Of a DNA stretch of 64,000 nt, positions 22,766-33,500 are shown one piece after another; positions within the stretch are counted from its first letter, which is position 1, and every line of letters starts with the position of its first letter. The notes beneath the pieces were generated by a model. That model saw only the letters and a program-made list of their open reading frames with translations. It made no database searches and was not told where the DNA came from. Source of the DNA: Hydrolagus affinis (lineage: Eukaryota). The stretch is from the NCBI GenBank assembly GCA_012026655.1, contig JAAILG010001555.1, positions 1 through 64,000 of the forward strand, in the 5' to 3' direction. A program made the translations under genes and the position numbers.

Positions 22766-24312
22766 TGAGGCAATATTCAGAGAATAACTCAGCTACACCT
22801 AGTCTTTAGCACCATGTGTTTAACAACAAAATTACATTTTTGTATAGTACCTTCCATGTCATAAGAGCATCTCAAGATTATTGATGTTAATTTTATTAGT
22901 TCTATGAGGATTGATAAATGACCCGAGTGATACACACATAGTGGGGGGAAATTGGTCAATTATTTTTATATAAATATATATATATAAATATAATATTTAT
23001 ATATATGCTGCTTCACATGCTAACATGTTTGGAAAGAACGCCCAATGACTAGACAGGTGTGGCTTCCAGCAAAATATCCATCAGCCCTAAGCTTCCATTT
23101 ATCCTTCAAAGAAATTCCTGGTGAGAGGGTTAGCAAATCCGATCTCCATCTTTAACCTTTCTTACAGTGCATTCAGCCTTTCGGAACCACTATTCCAGAG
23201 GTGATTGTGTTAAACACTCCCTCTGTATCTGCTGGCTTGTTATGATAACCTGGGGTTACAGCACAAATATGTTTGTTCTGTGGATAGATCCTGACAGCTG
23301 TTTAGTGGGTTTATTCATCACCTTACATCAAGCTCCTGTTGTCATTTTACCTATTTGCCCTTCCTTTTACTTACAGTAGCTCAGAGTTTATCTACAAAAG
23401 CACAGAATGAACAACTGGTCACAAAGTGCTTAAGTCCTATATGGCTTTATACTAGCTGAAAACACTCTTGCCACATTGTTGATAAGATGGTGAGTCCTTT
23501 AAAGTGAGGATTTCTATGCAATGATTCATGTTGCACTTTACTACAATGTATATAAATTCTGTTTCTCAAACAAACAAAAAATGTTGCATTCCATTTGTTT
23601 CTTTTCCAGTAAAAAGCACTCCACAACTTGAATGTCGACCTTAATGTTAGAATGACACTTTTTTGCCCTTGCCTTAAAATAATAACCCTCGCATTTGATA
23701 TAACGCCTTATCCTGTCACCAAGACATCATAGAACGCTTCACAAGGTTCATTGTGACTTGTAGTGACTGCGAATGTGGCAGCACAGTGTTGTCCTACAAG
23801 CAGCCACAATATCAGCATGTCTCCTCTTAGAATATTAGCTTTGAAGGAAACTTACATTGATTTGGTCAAAATATTTGGAGGAAAAATGTATGAAAAGAGT
23901 CAATCAGAAAAACCTAAGCGTTCCCTGTACCTCCAGGATCTCGCTGTAGTGTCATTTACCCAGTACATGAAAGTCAAATCATTTTATTACCTTTTAAGCC
24001 ATGTGTTCTATGATTTATGTGAGTTTTCTCAGGTTTATCTCATTGTTTGTCACTACCAATCCCTTGCTGATTACCCTTGACTTTCTGTTTCTATAAATGG
24101 ACTCGCTCATGTCCCTCACTTTCTTGCTAATGGTCGCACACTAATCTTACTCCTCCCATGAGATCACACTAATGGCCTCGCTCTTATCCTGTTCCTCGTT
24201 GAATGGTTCCCCTTCCTCCCATCCCCAGTTTTTTTCCCCAACGTTGCCCCCGTGCTGATCTCTCTTGTTTTTCTGTTTCTAGCCACTGGTCAGTCCCAAG
24301 CTGACCATTTGT

Positions 24313-24830
24313 TAGAAAATGTGGAGTATAAAGTCAGTTGGCCTATCAACCAATTCCTTCCATAGATCACATGCAATCTGTTGTATCCAGCAATCTATCC
24401 ACATATCTAATCAAAGTCCCTGAAGTAATGATTATAATTCTAGCCTACTTATCCATCCACACCCTATTCCCAATGACTGGCTTGTCCTTGCCATCTGATA
24501 ATCCAGATCCCAGGAACAATGATGTCCACTTTGAGAATTTTATTATATCCTATAGCTTTTGGTCTATTCCTAACCTATTCGAAAATGAATTGACCTCACA
24601 TCAACTGGTTTCGCTGGGAGTCTCTTTCATGTAATTACTTCTCTGTAGAGAGACAAACTACGCTGTGGAGGGGAAAATAATCTTCTAATTTCTAGTCTCC
24701 CTAAAGACTAATTAAAGCTTCTTAATTTCAAACCATCGGTATCCAGTCCTAGGTCAGGTAAATAGCCTGTTTACATTTGCATCATCCAGGCCGCTCCACA
24801 TTGTGAAGCTCTGGATTGTGTCCTTGAAAA
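24313..24830 (-). mobile_element. old CR1 LINE 3' fragment
   Basis: Diverged antisense CR1-like tail (GTTGGCCTATCAACCAATTCC), with CCCTATTCCCAA and GAAAATAATCTTCTAATTTCTAGTCT resembling antisense RT C-terminal segments. Confidence 0.45.
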
Positions 24831-25364
24831 CTTATTTTATTATTGAGAAGAAGTTAAGGGAGGCAAATGAGATTAAAAGATCTGCAAAATCTAACACACA
24901 AGGGAAATAGGTTTGATATGCTGAATGCCCTCCCCTTATTTCTATGAGCTCCACAAGTCTCTTCCTCGCTGCTATTCTTTAAACCATCTCCAATGCACCA
25001 GTATTCTTTGACTGACAAGATGTCCAACAGCATTATTCCAACTGTGGTCTCAATGGTTTCTTTCTTGCCACGATTTCTTGCTAGCCATAAGTTCATAACT
25101 GGTGTAAAATCTCAGCGTATCTCGGGACTCAGAGTGAGAAACCGATTGATGCAAAAATACTTTCAGTGAGAGGTTGCAGACCATTGTGAAGTGGGAGACT
25201 GAAGGATGAGTGCTACCGCAGAATTCCCATTAGCAAGAAATCACTGAACAAGAGAAATAGCTGGCAGCAAGTAACCAGACTGAGAGTAATCGATGAATCA
25301 CTATCAGCGAGGAACTATGGCAGGATCGTGAACAGTAGGAGACTGGTTGTGGGCACCACAGGAG

Positions 25365-25381
25365 GTGTGTGTGTGTGTGTG
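25365..25381. repeat. (GT)n microsatellite; a second imperfect one lies at about 25620-25644
   Basis: GTGTGTGTGTGTGTGTG. Confidence 0.9.
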
Positions 25382-27254
25382 CCTTGCGCGGAGGGAGCAG
25401 GTCGATTTCCATGCGACAGGCTGCTGGAATGGCACTCAAAGTCTGTTATGCTGCTACTATTATTCCCTCTGTTGGTTGCAATTGAGGGTCTGTGTTTTGT
25501 AATATTTCCTTTGCTAAACAGTAACAGATCATGATTTTTTTTCAGTGTAATATTTTCAGGGGTTATCCACTCGTGCTTCTCTTTCGGAGCCAGTAATTTC
25601 ACACCAGCCCTGAACTTGATGTGTGTGTGTGTGTCTATGTGTGTATAAAAAAAGGAATCCCAAACCAACTTTCAAAGTTTTATCGCTTATTCCAGAATTC
25701 TAACAATGTCTTCTGTACAGGCGACTGACTACCAGTCAGTTGCTGGCATTGGGAGGTGTTTTCCGGCCATAAAACACACACATTTATTACTGTTCTGTTG
25801 CTAAACGTGGAATACGAGTCTATTTTTGCCTCTCCCACATTTTTCCAGATTTATATGCATTTAAGTGTTCACATTTGAGCACATCGTCTCCATTTGACCC
25901 TTTCGAATCACGAAGGGGTGCTTTATTGATGGGCCCTATTGCTGCAAAATGTTCAGTATCTCGTAAAACATTGTGCCAAGCTTCATGACTTTCTACTTTT
26001 AACAAACTGTGCGATTCAGGCACATTATATACTTTAACTCTTGGATTACACTGAGTTATCTAAGAAGAGTTTGTCATACTTAATGGTACTGCGTGTTGGT
26101 TTCTTTATGCAGCTTTACACCGCAGTTCATCGAGGATAAATCTTGCAGCTTTAAAAACCATGCATTTTTATCTAGTTCCAGCACTTAAAGAGAGATAAAT
26201 TCTGTTTCTTTCCTTTTTAAACACTTCTATATGAGATTTATACACACAGAATTATTTTTTTGGCCAGCTCTGAGCTGTTGGGCAGTATTTGGGATTGCAA
26301 AGCAGCTTCTCTCCCAGCAGTACAGAGAGGTGCTGTAGGAAGCCAGGTTTACACTGCACACTTCACATCATTTTCAATGCAGGCAGCAAAAAAAAATCCT
26401 AGCCCCGATTTTCATTCATTCTGTACATATGCACCTTGTCAGCTCAATGAAATAGCATTAAAAACACTCTGTTCAAAGCTTCTGGGCTGAGACCCAAGAT
26501 CTTTGAAAGGCAAAATGATACCCATGTGATTTCCCACCTGCCACATTCATACCATTTGGGTCCAAATTTCATTAGACCTGAAACCACCTCTTCCAGATCA
26601 TGTCAACAGCCGGATCCAGCGTAATTCATGATTGTGTTTTTGGTGACTGACTTACAAAATTGCTATTCGATGCCGAGCTTACAGTCTAACCGCAGTGAAA
26701 AACTCGTGGGTAAATGATGCAGTATTTCTCAACACTTTGCAAGGATTTAGCTGGTGGGTACTCCTTCTGGTAACTGGAAGCGATTGACACTGTCTGAAGA
26801 GATCCGTGGATTGAAAATAGATTGGAGCTGAAAGTGTTCCTGCAAGTTGGCTTTGTGGACTTCTAGATTTCTCAGTTGAGAAATTGTTGGTCAAAGGCTT
26901 TAATGCTAATCACAGAAAACATTGGAATCAGTATCATTGACCGTTGTACGATCATAGAGAGTTTTTGAGGGTTCTGCTAGAGTTGCGTTGCATTAGAAAT
27001 CATAGAATGCTTGTAGCACCAAAAAAGTCTGTTCAACCCACCATGTCTAGGCTGCTGCTAGTTCCTCTATTCTGCTCTAATCCCATTCCCTTATTATTAA
27101 ATGCTTTAATATTATGCAGCATACTTTTACTTTACTCTGATAACATGGAGAAAGCATGAAAAATTATAGTTAAATAAAACTTGGCAATCAAATTAGCCAT
27201 AATTTGGGTCTTTGAAATCACATAGTCCTAGTTAGCCCTGCAGCCCAGTGGTGA

Positions 27255-27650
27255 TGGAGTACTACATTGTTGGAGGTGCCTTCTTTCAGATGCAATACAC
27301 TACAAAATTATATTTGTATAGCTCCGTTCATGTTGGGAGCACGTCCCTAGGCTCTGAAACATTAAATGAGACATTAAACTGAGGTCCATTTGCCTTTTCT
27401 ACATGAAAAGGCAGTTCATCTAGGATAATACTTGCTTTCTAAGAACTTTCTTCAAATGTTCTGGCCAACAATCCCCCAGATAAAAGCAGTCATTCACTTT
27501 ATGCACATTGCTGTGCATAAATCAGTTTCCACATTCACCTACAGAATGCAGAGTCACTACACTTTACACTACATCTTGTGAAGCACTTTGAAACATCTTC
27601 CTGACACAAAGCACCATATAAAATGCCAAGGATTATGATTTATTATTATT
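27255..27650 (+). mobile_element. old DeuSINE interrupted by an antisense L2 tail
   Basis: GGAGTACTACATTGTTGGAGGTGCCTTCTTTCAGATG | AGACATTAAACTGAGGTCC is the Deu core, split. Then TGCTGTGCATAAAT... and tail GTGAAGCACTTTG...AAGGATTATGATTTATTATT. Confidence 0.8.
27293..27368 (-). mobile_element. solo L2 tail nested in the DeuSINE
   Basis: CTACAAAATTATATTTGTATAGCTCCGTTCATGTTGGGAGCACGTCCCTAGGC matches the tails at 17678 and 52478. Confidence 0.75.
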
Positions 27651-28061
27651 GGAGAATTGTGATGTGGAGACGGAATGGTTATCAATCCCAAAGCTACAGC
27701 GAATGAGAGCACAGCTCATGGGTTGAAGGTGATTAAATGTTGCTGAAATAACAATTCCATGATTAAATATTAGTGTTCATCTGCTTTAAATGCCCAGACC
27801 ATTTCCTCTTATAGATTTACAAATTGTATCCAGTTTAAGAATGAGAAAGCATCTCTGCTGATGAAGCATGTGTTGGATGTTAAACTGGCCAAAAGAGAAT
27901 TTAACTCTATTTGTGATAAAGGTCATTTATTTCCAACATATAAAAGCAGGATGAGTAAACCCCCCTCCCCACCAAAAATAGATCATGATTAGGAATTAAC
28001 ATTTGGTAAATAAGTAATTAACTCATTCCATTGAATTATTGTACAAACAGTTTGGGAACGT

Positions 28062-28330
28062 TCAAAACAGGAACAGATGGAGGCCATCCAGCCTATCGAG
28101 GCTGTTCCATTAGTTTATTAAATCTTGACAGATCATTTAATCCCAATATCCCAACCTTTTCCATATGTCTTAAGACCTACTATCCAGGTATCTGTGTATC
28201 TCTTTTAATCTTCCCCATTACCTCTATGACTCTCCATGGCGGGGCACTCTACACCTTCACATCCCTGTGTCGGAAGAGATTTATCCTCACCTTAGTTCGA
28301 ACCATTTTGCTATGGTTGAACCATCTTGAG
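28062..28330 (-). mobile_element. CR1 LINE 3' fragment
   Basis: AGGAACAGATGGAGGCCATCCAGCCTATCGAGGCTGTTCCA is an antisense CR1 tail. CACTCTACACCTTCACATCCCTGTGTCGGAAGA encodes the antisense FxxRxVKVWxxLP-type motif. Confidence 0.7.
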
Positions 28331-28726
28331 TTGAAGTCACTGTCCCCTTGTATTAGAGCATTCTACAAATCTATTTTATGAGGTTTCTTTAAAGTTGTAA
28401 CATTCTACTGCTGAAGGTTTACAACTTGTTCTTTTGAAGAGTTCACTTCCCCACCCAATTTATCAAAGAGCATAAAGAGAAAGTGGAAACAATTTTTCTT
28501 TAAAAACGTTTTTAAAAAAAAGTTGTGCGTGTAACAGCTCTAGGATTGTACAGATTTTTAAATAAATCCGTTTAAAATTTTCTTACCGATTTAAATGAAA
28601 AGAAACTTCAGTTTAAAAAGCTACCAGTCAGTGAATTCAAACAAAATGAGGGCAGGAGTCCCTCTCCTTACTTCAGTTGCCAGCCACACTCCCTGATTGA
28701 TCTCTATCTACTCATTAATTCTATCA

Positions 28727-29004
28727 TAATAATAATCTTCACATTTGATATAGCTGTTTTCATATCTTCTGGACGCCTTAAAGAGGTTCACAGGACATAC
28801 TGTAAAATGAGTTGACTGTATTTGTGGGCAAAACGCAGCAGCCAATTTCGCACAGCAGTGTCCCACAAACAGCTGTGGATTGAAGTGATCAACTTAGTAT
28901 TTCTTTAAAAAATTCTTGTGGTGTAAGGAAACTTGCTAAAGGTCTCACTCTGCCAGGAATTGAATCGCCTGCCTGCGAGGTGAGTGCTCTAATCTGTGCC
29001 ACAG
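28727..29004 (-). mobile_element. near full-length older copy of the tRNA/CORE/Deu SINE
   Basis: Tail, body GCAGCCAATTTCGCACAGCAGTGTCCCACAAACAG, GTAAGGAAACTTGC and head GAGTGCTCTAA. Confidence 0.85.
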
Positions 29005-29367
29005 ATTTACTACAATGAATTGTGCAATGCATTAAACAATTACCTCAATGAAAGTAAAATCTATGACAACCTTTCAAAGTTTCTATTTGATTTGAATAGT
29101 CGGATCGCCCTACAAAGGTTTGAACTCATTTATGCAAGCCACCCTTGCATGCAGAAAGCAAATATTGATAAGAAGGGGGTGAAACTGTGCTTTTCTTCAC
29201 AGACTAGATCTTGTACCATTGGTCTCTGGGTGGTCCTGGGATTCTTCATGAATACTGTGTGTGCTGTTAACATGCAGTGGCAGTGTACTACAAATGGCAG
29301 TGCGATGAACGACCACTTAATCTGTTTTGGTTGAATTTGGATGCAGGAGAAATATTGGCCCCGGGAG

Positions 29368-29467
29368 NNNNNNNNNNNNNNNNNNNNNNNNNNNNNNNNN
29401 NNNNNNNNNNNNNNNNNNNNNNNNNNNNNNNNNNNNNNNNNNNNNNNNNNNNNNNNNNNNNNNNNNN
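29368..29467. other. assembly gap (100 N)
   Basis: Run of exactly 100 N; probably a placeholder of unknown true length. Confidence 1.
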
Positions 29468-29786
29468 CATTTTCCTCAATAGTCATTGGAGTCTTGGTCT
29501 AGATTATCAGGTTGACGTCTCTTGACTCCCACAAATTATCCATTCTATTAGTTGAATTTGATTCCTTGTTATGCATATAGGGGTGTGGGGGGGCGGGGGG
29601 AGGGATGACCGTGCATTCTAGTTAAAACAAAATAAATGTGTTTTTTTAAACACAAAGGGCCAAAGTTTATTTTAGGCACAATATCAAATAATTTCACTTG
29701 TTACTTTAAGAACTGTGTAAAGGTTTAAAATGTTCTCACTGTTCCTAGGATGTTAACTTTCTCCTGGGGTAATGTTGCCAGACACA

Positions 29787-30062
29787 TAATAATGATGATA
29801 CTAATACTAATAATATAATAGTAATGTCCATAGCATGTAAGGTGCAGTGACTGTCTATTTTGTAGTCAAATATAGCAGCCAATTTGCACACAGTGATGTC
29901 CAACAAACATCAAGTGAATGATCAATTTTACCTGGGGTTTTTGGCCAGTCCACTGGGAGAAATTTCCTTCTCTTTTCGAGTGCGATCTTTAACGTCCATC
30001 TGAAAAGGCAGACTGGATCTCAATTTAATGTCTCATCTGAAGGGTGACACCTCCAACAGTAC
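29787..30062 (-). mobile_element. old DeuSINE
   Basis: GCAGCCAATTTGCACACAG...GATCTTTAACGTCCATCTGAAAAGGCAGAC...TTTAATGTCTCATCTGAAGGGTGACACCTCCAACAGT is the Deu core. Confidence 0.8.
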
Positions 30063-30194
30063 CGTCAAGACACCACCAACACCGCCCTAGACAAGGTGAT
30101 TTCAAAGTCGCAAATAATGGCTAATTTGATTACTGAACTTTGTTTAAATTAATTTTTTAAACATCATTAACAGCACAGGTAAGAAACAAAAACC

Positions 30195-30312
30195 ATAATA
30201 ATCGTTACATTGGATATAGTGCCTGATCACGTTGCCGAGGTGACTCAACGCACTTCATAGGATATACTGTAAAGTGGATTGACTGTATTTTGTCGGTGAA
30301 ATGCAGCAGCCG
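30195..30312 (-). mobile_element. SINE 3' fragment
   Basis: ATAATAATC...GATATAGTGCCTGATCAC...GGATATACTGTAAAGTGGATTGACTGTATTTTG. Confidence 0.75.
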
Positions 30313-30394
30313 TTAATGGCTCACGTACACACATTTTGCAGCAGAGAACATTCAATAGCAATCAGTTTTGGGAATTCTGCCAACTTTTCTTTTG

Positions 30395-30520
30395 CCTCTC
30401 TTCTCTGATCCATGATGCTGGGGCCAAGTGAAGAGGCTGCTGTAACTGCAATCAGCTAACACATTACAGCCTGCGAATCGAATCTGTAACCTTCCGGTCT
30501 GTATGACTTAAGGATACAAG
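30395..30520 (-). mobile_element. AmnSINE2-like ancient SINE fragment
   Basis: ATCAGCTAACACATTACAGCCTGCGAATCGAATCTGTAACCTTCCGGTCTGTATGACT is antisense to the head of the element at 38168. Confidence 0.5.
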
Positions 30521-33500
30521 TGTCCTTTCTGTGCTCTCTCGGGTGATGCATTACAGGCTGCAATTTAAACATTGTTCATTTATGTAGATTTTTTTTTGTG
30601 ATTTAAAGCTTTCCTGCCTCCTACACCATTATAATTTCTCCAAACGAGGGACTGAGGGGGTCTAAAGAAGTGAGTGTCTTTCTCTAGAACTGGTGAATCT
30701 TCTGCTGAGGGAAAGTAGCTCTGAATGTTGGTGTTGATGGGGATTCAGACTCGGGAGTCTGTGATGGAAATCCAAATGACCAAACGTTAGAATTACTGGG
30801 CCACCCATCATATGATCCTTGTTCGAAACAAATATCGTAAACACTATATTGGCTTACTTCTTCCCTTGATCTCCTATCAGTGCTTAATCACACAAGATCT
30901 ATTTCTACCTCCAGCAATGCCAGGGTTTCTCAGGTCTCTTGTTCTTCACTGAATTTGGGAGGAGGGATTAGTCTTTACCTTCAAAGGTCCTCTGTTAAGT
31001 AAACAAAAACACTCAATGAATGCAAGTTCCTCCATGTGAGATTGCTTTCAGACGCTTCGTTGCTATGTCTCTAATCTGTATGAATTTTATAAGAAGAGGT
31101 CTAATGCTACCAACAGCTTCCTGCAGTATCCTAAAACATGAGCAGATCTTCTGACTACAAGAATACGTCTTGGTGTGTAGGTATTTATATACAGAGTACT
31201 CCATGTAATTGTATATCGCAATTTTTTTCCCTAAGATAATACATTACTATTGTGAAAGCCTCTAAAGAAACCATCACTTAAAGTGGAAGCAATTTTTTTT
31301 AAAAAAACATGACATCTAAAAATACGCCAAATATGATTTTGTTATTTCTCAATTGTTACAAAACCTGTCCTGTCACATAGTGTGTCTTCACAGTTTGTGC
31401 TTGCAATATCTTCCAGTACTCTTAAAGGGTTTGTGAAAACTATTAAAAGCAACATTGGTTAAAAAAAACCACCTAATGTTCTTCAGATCTAGAAGACCAA
31501 TAGTTCAATTTTCTGGAGTAGTGGAAAGTTGCTAAGGTTGATGTCAAAACCAAATTGAACAATATTTCCCATTCAGGTTGTGGTATAATATATGTGCAGG
31601 TATTTATTACTGCTTGAAGCATTATTTAGTGAAATAGGCAAACAAAGTACATGGTGTATTCAGAAATATTCACTTTACACAAATAAAATGGTAGAAACTG
31701 AACAGTTTGTGTGTGACAGTTTTCTTGTTGTCCAAGGGGACTTATCTGAATATATATGTTAATATAAACATGACTGCTTTTGCTTTGTAAAATTTCACAA
31801 AAAATTATCTTCAAACTACACAAACATTCTGTTTAGTTTATGAGCACGAGTCAGCATTGAGCAGTGATTATCAATATACCCACGATAAGATGATAGAATG
31901 TGCGTTGATAAAAGAATATTAAAAGCATACCTTGATCATTTAATTGAACAGCATCAGGTTGTAATTTACTACGTTTGTCATGAACTACGCACTTCAGAAG
32001 CTTAACCTATTTAGCAATTTTGCCCAACCTCCTCAAGTCAGATTTATAGCCTCTAACACTGCTGCTGCAATCCACACACTGTTTTCCAAACTTGATTTTA
32101 GTTATATCAAGCTTCCTTTTCTGCAGGTGCTGATTTTCTAAGTGATTTGATCCTAGAGTGCTCGCACTTCACATAAATCTTTTGTACTGTCACTGATGTT
32201 GACTTCCTTCGGAAAAAAAAATACATCATATTTCAAAGGCAGGACACTTGAAATAAGTCAAAATCTTTCTTCTCATTTCAGTGTGCCAAACTCCAACCCA
32301 GACTGACTGTGGCATCAGCTCTCAGAATGTTATCTTTGATGGACAGGATTAAGAAAAATCCCTGTTCCTTGGTGAATTTCAAACACTAGAGAACAATGAT
32401 GCCAGCTTTGACTGAATTAATGAGATATTGCCGACTGGCAGGCAGAAACTAGCTTTACATAAACCTGATTAGCCTCTCACTCCTTCCCTCCCTCTCTCTC
32501 TCTCTCAGAACCTAGGAACGGCATGGCTTGCGAAGATCAACAACAAAGAGGATACCCTGACTTTTATTAGTTTGATAGAAAAAGAGTCTGCTTTTCACTG
32601 GGTACTAATTAAAGGATTTAGAGTTCTTACATATGATTGGCCGCATATGTCCCTTGTTTCAAGTTCTTACCCTGGATTCATTTGGCACCTGGGAGTAAAA
32701 AGTGTTCCTATAATGATGTTGACTTTTCAACAGCTGAAATTTTATTTCACTTCATTTTTTTAGACAGCTGCGATCTATTTTAATAGACATGCAAATTTAA
32801 GTTTAATTTGGCTCTGGCATGGTTTCATTAGAAGCAATAATTTATCTCGCCGATATTGACTTTTCAGTAACTGAATTTCTATTTCCCTTTTACTTTTTAA
32901 ACAATCGTGCTTCACTTCAAAGGCCGTGCAAATGAGAAATGCATGGTAGAGGGAATACTCCAACTTCCCTTATTTAATTAAAATGTCATTGTGCTTTTAA
33001 TTTTCACTTTAGGCAGAGTTTTGATTACTTTGTTCCTCGACAAATCCTTTCGGGGGCAAAAAAAATAACAGAATTAAACAGGAAACCGTCTTAAAATATA
33101 TGAAATTGGGAACAGGATTCTCCGAATAACAAATAACATCATCAAAGTTCCAGCAGGTGAATTTCTCCAGCTTCTAGGGCACATGTCAAAGCACAAATAA
33201 GATCTTATCTTTCCCACAACTCACTGCATTATTTTGTCACTTTAAAGTATTCCAATGGATTTATTAAAAAGCAAGCATTTTCAATCTCTTTCTTTAACTT
33301 AATCATCCTGTTCTTAATAAAACCCTGTCTCTTTACAATCGCAATAAAAATCAGCTCCTTTTATGCCAGGTGCAGAATGGGTTTATTAAAACTGAGAATC
33401 ACAGTTAAGGAAATATTGTCTTAATTATGCTCTTCATTAACACAAAAGAAAGATGGTGAATAATAGAATATAAATATGATAAATAGATTTTCACATTTCC

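Noticed and set aside
26900-26925. TTAATGCTAATC matches the start of miR-155; TGAGGTAG at about 17425 matches the let-7 seed
   Set aside because: Similarity stops after the 5' part and there is no precursor hairpin; chance matches.
29130-29525. ORFs spanning the N run
   Set aside because: Artefacts of translating through the assembly gap.
32470-32763. (CT)n-AG acceptor at about 32508 followed by an open frame
   Set aside because: The tract is a microsatellite, there is no good donor, and the peptide is unrecognisable.
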